Below, in pieces: positions 55,534 through 64,000 of a DNA stretch of 64,000 bases. Origin of the DNA: the human T2T-CHM13v2.0 reference genome, Homo sapiens; assembly GCF_009914755.1 (NCBI RefSeq), contig NC_060942.1; one strand, written 5' to 3'. The notes under the pieces are model-generated. The model was not told the DNA's origin. It worked only from the letters and a program-made list of their open reading frames with translations, and did no database searches. The position numbers and the translations under genes are program-made. Numbering within the stretch: the stretch's first letter is position 1; each line of letters starts with the position of its first letter.

Positions 55534-57355
55534 TGAGGTGCTCAAGGCTGGAAACTAGTAATTATCGTATGGAGAGGAATGAGAAATGATTATGCTCTCA
55601 TTCACATTATCTCCTGTGACTTCACAACAGATGTCTGTAAGAAAGACAAGTATTATCATCCCATCTTAACAGATAAAGAGACTGAAATTCACAGTTGTTG
55701 ACTTCCCTGAGATGGTCTGTTTAGAATTGCAGAGGCAATTCTAAACCCAGGTCAAGGCTTTTCCAGTATTCCAAGTACTTTCTGCAAGAATGCTACTATT
55801 TTAGGACTTTTTTAGTATTCCCTCTTCGTACTTCTTTCTATTCCCCCCCGCCCCCGGCCCTGCAAACAATCAGAGAGATATTAGAGATTTCATATTTACC
55901 GTTTACATTTATTTTGAACACTCATCCGATATAGAGGATTAAAATATTTTATACATATTATAAATGTAAAAATTTATAGAGGATTAAAATGTGTATATTT
56001 TGTTAATCCCTTTTTATTTATTAGGGTCAACCTCCTCTTCCACCAAGGCTTCACACTTTACAAGAAAATCCTAGTATAAAGCATTTCCAGTATTTCATGG
56101 TTTTGGTGATATCATAACTTAAATTACACTCTCTTCCCTCCATTTAATAGTTTACTGTGCTATTTTCTGACCATCCCAGCCTAATTAGTTCATGAATAAT
56201 ACTTTGTCCCGATTAGCCAGAGTATTGTTCTTATACCCAGAATGACTTGGACCTAGGATGATTTCAGTGCATGAAAATTTTGGAGTGGGGGAAATGGGAG
56301 AAGAAGAAAAGGGATATAATTTCAGAACATTCCTCTTACAAAGCTTAAAGTGCAAAGAATTAGAGAAAAACTAGAGGTTCAAATATGGAAAGTCAGAAAG
56401 CCCTGCTTGGGAGTTTTATTTTCTCTTGACTTTTTTTTTTTTTTGGACAATGTGATAAACCGTAAAGGAGTCAAAATCCCCTACCTAGGAGATGAGGAAA
56501 CCTGAATAATTCTGGTAGCTTCTTAAGTGCCCAATTCACTAAAGGTGGCCTCTAGCAATTAGTACTACTGCTCTTTGATTCGGCCCTGCCTGTAGCGCAT
56601 TATTCCTTATGAATTTGTTTATGATTGCTCAAACTTAATATAATATATATGGATTTATTCATTATTGACATAATACAGGCCTTTAAGCCTGTGGAGGTGT
56701 AGGAGGTGACTAGCATTATGTTTCTTCTTACTTGCTTTACGTCCATCTTCATGCCTTTTATTTAATTGAGCTGTCAACTCATTTATCAGGTAACAAAATG
56801 GAAGGTGAAATAGTGCTTAAAACGTTGTTGGATTCCCATTGAGAATCTTGTTATGTGTGAGAGTTACATAGAGTAAAAGCTTTAGAGGATAATTTTCAAA
56901 TATCTAATTTTATACCAAAACATGGGAGAGAGGTTTCCATTCTTCCTGTGCCCTAGGTATGTTTTTAGTTTGCCTTACAGGGTATCTGACACTGGTGTTT
57001 TTTATAAGCAGGTATGGAGAGCTGTTTAGTACCCACCAAGGTATAATAAACTTAGTGATCTAGAGATAGCCAGTATTTCTTAAACTTTAAAACATGAGAA
57101 TATGAGAGTGTATGGGAAGGGTAATATCATTTTAAAGATAAAGGAGGTGCAGTTTTTTTAACTGTCTCACTCAAGTTCAAGATTTATATTCCAAAACAAT
57201 TCAAAAACACTAGTCCTACACTTAGATTCCTGTATCAGCTACTTTTGGTTCTTATAATTAATGTCCATTTTTTTCCCGTTTTAATTCACCTTGGGGGAAG
57301 GCATTTAAAACACAAAGTTTATAATTAATTTGGTAGTTTATAGTTTGTAGATACC

Positions 57356-57646
57356 TTTTTTTTTATTTGAGACGGAGTCTCACTGTGTTGCCCAGGCTGG
57401 AGTGCAGTGGCGCGACCTCAGCTCACTGCAGCCTCCACCTCCCGGGTTCAAGCAGTTCTCTGCCTCAGCCTCACAAGTAGCTGGGATAACAGGTGCCCGC
57501 CACCACGCCTGGCTAATTTTTGTATTTTTAGTAGAGATGGGGTTTCACCATCTTGACCAGGCTGGTCTTGAACTCCTGACCTCATGATCCACCCTCCTCG
57601 GCTCCCAAAGTGCTGGGATTATAGGCGTGAGCCACTGTGCCTGGCC
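57356..57646 (-). mobile_element. Alu
   Basis: Antisense dimer. Confidence 0.95.
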
Positions 57647-57652
57647 AGTAGC

Positions 57653-57863
57653 TTTTTTTTTTTTTTTTTTTGAGTCCTCAGCCTCCTGAGTAGCTGGGAC
57701 TACAGGCGCCCGCTAACATGCCTGGCTTCTTTTTTATGTATTTTTAGTAGAGACAGGATTCCACCGTGTTAGCCAGGATGGTCTAGATCTCCTGACTTCG
57801 TGATCCGCCTGCCTCGGCCTCCCAAAGTGCTAGGATTACAGGCGTGAGCCACCACGCCCAGCC
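57653..57863 (-). mobile_element. Alu with ~90-nt deletion in right arm
   Basis: T-tail-gag joined to tcctcagcctcctgag; TSD agtagct. Confidence 0.9.
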
Positions 57864-59309
57864 AGTAGCTCTTTCAATTGAACTCATTCTAAGATAGTTT
57901 TAAGAGCCTTCTTACTCAAAGGGAGAACAGTTCTGAAATTTTCCTTATGAAAATGGCAGTGAAATAGGGCAATATACTGCCTGAACCTAAATAAGCATAC
58001 CACCTTCCCTTCATGGGAAATCCTCTATTTACTTAAGGCTCAAAGAAAGGTAAAGCTATTTTTAGAGGCAATTTAGATAAGCAAATACTTAACACCTGAT
58101 GGGCTGCTGGGGTTTACCATTCAGATGTAAATTTTGGTTGCTAATTTCTTATGTAAATTATCGGAGTAGTGTAGGTTCCTACCCTGCTGGGAGGCAGTTG
58201 ATTGTCCAGAGGGGTAAAGGACAACCAAATTTTAGGCCTCCAAATACTGCTTTGATTACTCTAGTTTGTGTTTATAGCTGGTTCTGTAAAGTTTTCCCTG
58301 CCCTCTTTTAGTTTACTCTGTAACCTTCAAGTTGGAGATAATTGGAGAATGCTAATCTGTTTCTGTGAAGTGAAATCTTTGGCTGTTTTCTTAAGGAAAT
58401 GCAGATGAAGTTTATAAAGAAGACCTGTCTACTATTATTCCTTTTTAAAAAAATTAAAATCATTTGCTCTGGTTTTAGAGCAACATTTCAGTGTTATCTT
58501 CAGAAAATGAAATTATTTCAGGGGCAGATTTGTCAAAAAAATTATTTGTATGCCTGTTATCACTAACTTACGTTTCTTTGCTTGTAGAGTATGAACAGGC
58601 TTAGATCCTCCCTTAGGATACTCTTAACCAGATCTTCTCGTAGCCTCTAAAAGAAAGATCACATCAGTCCTTCAGAATTATTTAGATGTAATTCAGAATT
58701 ACCCTGTTGGGGAGTCCTAAGGTTTTGTTTTGTTTTTTCATTTAGTTCAAGGTTTTAACTGAGATTTAATATTTGATGTTTATTAGACTATTAATCAGAC
58801 ATATTTCTAGTAGTGGGAAAATAGAACTACCTATCACACTGGATATTGGGATCCTATGTCTTGAGATAGAATGTTTCATAGATTTTGTTTTTAGCTATCC
58901 ACTCTTTTTTACAGACATACACAGCTTATTTTCCATCTGAAAAAACTAAATTAAATATTGCTGTTTGCATAATGTTTTTACTCTCGTAGGGATCCCTCAT
59001 GATATATTTTGTATATCATTAGCTGATCTGAATCCCAGCAATGAGGATTTGGAGGAAATAGTAAATAGATACATACTTTACAGAAATAGACCAGACCCTT
59101 GGCAGGCGAACTTATTCTTAGAATAACTACAAACTGAATTCATAAACTTTTGCTTGACTTAATGAGCATTTTTGGCATGGAGTTGATTTCTTCTGGACCC
59201 TGTTCCTAGACACAGCCCTGCTGTGCCTTTCTTTCCTATTCTCTTCTTAATTAAATTGCCTGTGTGGCTTGTATTGGCAAATAGCTACATGGTAAAAGAT
59301 AAAATAGAA

Positions 59310-60390
<1,081 letters not shown>

Positions 60391-61047
60391 GGGTTTTTTT
60401 TTTTTTTTTTTCATCAAATAGGAATTTTCTCTTTTCACGGGCACAGGAACCTCTTGACTTTTTTTTTTTTAAGGGAAGGAGGTTAGGCACACACCTCTCA
60501 TAGAATACAGTAATTGTTTAATAATTATTGCTTTTCTCCTCTAGGTGTCCTCATAAATGGGAAAACCCTCAAAGATTGTAATACTAAAAACTATTTGTGT
60601 GGATTGTGTAGTTTTCATTTTGCCACAGAAATTGCTCTGAAATAATCTCTCTTCCCTAGAAAATCCTGCTTTCTTCAGGCCTTCTCAACACTAACTGTGC
60701 CTTCTCTACTCTATACCTCTTTAGCCCAGAAACAAAATTGTAACTTTTCCCTCTTAGTCTCCCTTTTGCAATGTATTGCTTGAGAAAGCTCAGCAGAAAT
60801 GTCAGTCTGTGAGCATGAATTACTTTTGCGGCTTGCCAAAACTTGAATTTTAAGGACTCATTAACAAGTATGAAATAGGTGAATGCCGACACAGTCAATG
60901 GCTGGCAGGGGCTGGTGTATCAAATGATGCTCAGAAATCAATCTGAAAAGGCCACAGGGAAGTCAAGTGATAGGACCCAACAAAAATAGGCAAGGATGAA
61001 GTTATAGGAGAGCTCTCCATCAGACTAGAGGAAGGTGAAACAGTATA

Positions 61048-62548
<1,501 letters not shown>

Positions 62549-62836
62549 TATATGAGTCAGAGAGGTGTTAATGAGGTCAAAGGAGCAGTTAATTAGGAGT
62601 TAAGAGACCTGGGTTCTGGATCTACTGTTTCTGGTGGTTGAGTATTTGGCCTTGGGCCACTTTCTTAGTCTCTTGGGGCCCTTCTTTCATTTACATATTA
62701 AAGAGGTTAGAACAGATCTGTGTTCCTCAATCGTTGACTCACAAATGTCTCTTATAATAGTGTGTAATCTTTTGAATTCAGAGATTTAAAAATTAATTCT
62801 GTCATTACATGGCATGTGATAAGGACTTGATTTTAA

Positions 62837-63173
<337 letters not shown>

Positions 63174-63849
63174 TAGATCAGTTTATTCATATACTGTTTG
63201 ATATTCATGCTGTACAAGAAAGATTATCTACAGGGTTAGTACCAGTCTTGAGTGTTGAGTGCATTGAATAAGGTAATCTATATAGTATTTAGCACTGTGC
63301 CTGGCTATGGCAAGTGCTCCATAAGTTTTAGCTGCCATCATCATCATCATCAATTCCCAACTTTCAAACCTGTGAGCCCTGTTCCTTAATAGAGGTGGGT
63401 GGACACAGCAGATTTTTTTTTTCCAATGGGTTCCATGTATCCATAGGCTCCAAAAAATATTTGTAAACGAAGTAATATGACCGACATATTTAATGACTAT
63501 TTTCCAAATAAATATAAATGATATTTTGAACAAATGCAGATGCACTTAAAATTGCTAAAGAATTCATAAGTTTTTATATTTTTTCTTAATTCATGAACTT
63601 CTAGAGTTAAATTGACTTTTAGAGTTTAAATTGACTTTTATTAATGTTAAAAAGGGATCTATAAGCTTGAAATGATTGAGCCCTGCAGTCTTGATAATTT
63701 TATTCTTTCTTCTGTTGACTTTTCCCAATTCTATTAGGCTTGTTTTTGAGGTTTGGTGACCCAAACTATATGGTAAATTTAATATGCCCCACCGCTTCAT
63801 CCATTTTTTTAAATTTAAATTTTAATTTTTTTTCTTTAAAAAAAAAATT

Positions 63850-64000
63850 TAGACAGGGTCTTGTTCTGTCACCCAGGCTGGAGTACAATGGCACAATCCT
63901 GGCTCACTGCAACCTCTGCCTCCCTAGCTCAAGGGATGCTCCCATCTTAACCTCCTAGGTAGCTGGGACTACAAGCACTCACCACCAGGCCCGACTAATT
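63850..64000 (-). mobile_element. Alu right arm, cut by window edge
   Basis: agacagggtcttgttctgtcacccaggctgg.. Confidence 0.9.

Overview
Primate (almost certainly human) genomic DNA from the 5' part of the GREB1L gene, + strand. The window holds a 110-nt non-coding exon (37086-37195), the first coding exon (54569-54734, ATG at 54578) and the second coding exon (55265-55462). These splice in frame to give [27 protein letters not shown]...[11 protein letters not shown]...[10 protein letters not shown](G). The rest is intron, with about 60 Alu elements or fragments (roughly a quarter of the window), old L1 fragments, L2/MIR remnants, hAT (MER1A, MER3, MER5, MER30, Charlie1-like) and Tigger DNA-transposon fossils, and an MLT1 LTR. 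Almost all ORFs in the track are Alu/L1 read-throughs or noise. I found no CRISPR array, RNA gene or new multi-gene system. The most interesting signals are: (1) a candidate recursive splice site with RS-exon at 3390; (2) two uATGs in the non-coding exon, one giving an ORF that overlaps the GREB1L start; (3) a candidate G-quadruplex cassette exon that would terminate that overlapping ORF; (4) a candidate internal promoter near 34.4 kb inside a 9-kb Alu-free block; (5) a 153-bp templated insertion copied from 4.6 kb away into an Alu. Repeat boundaries and subfamily names are read by eye and are approximate.
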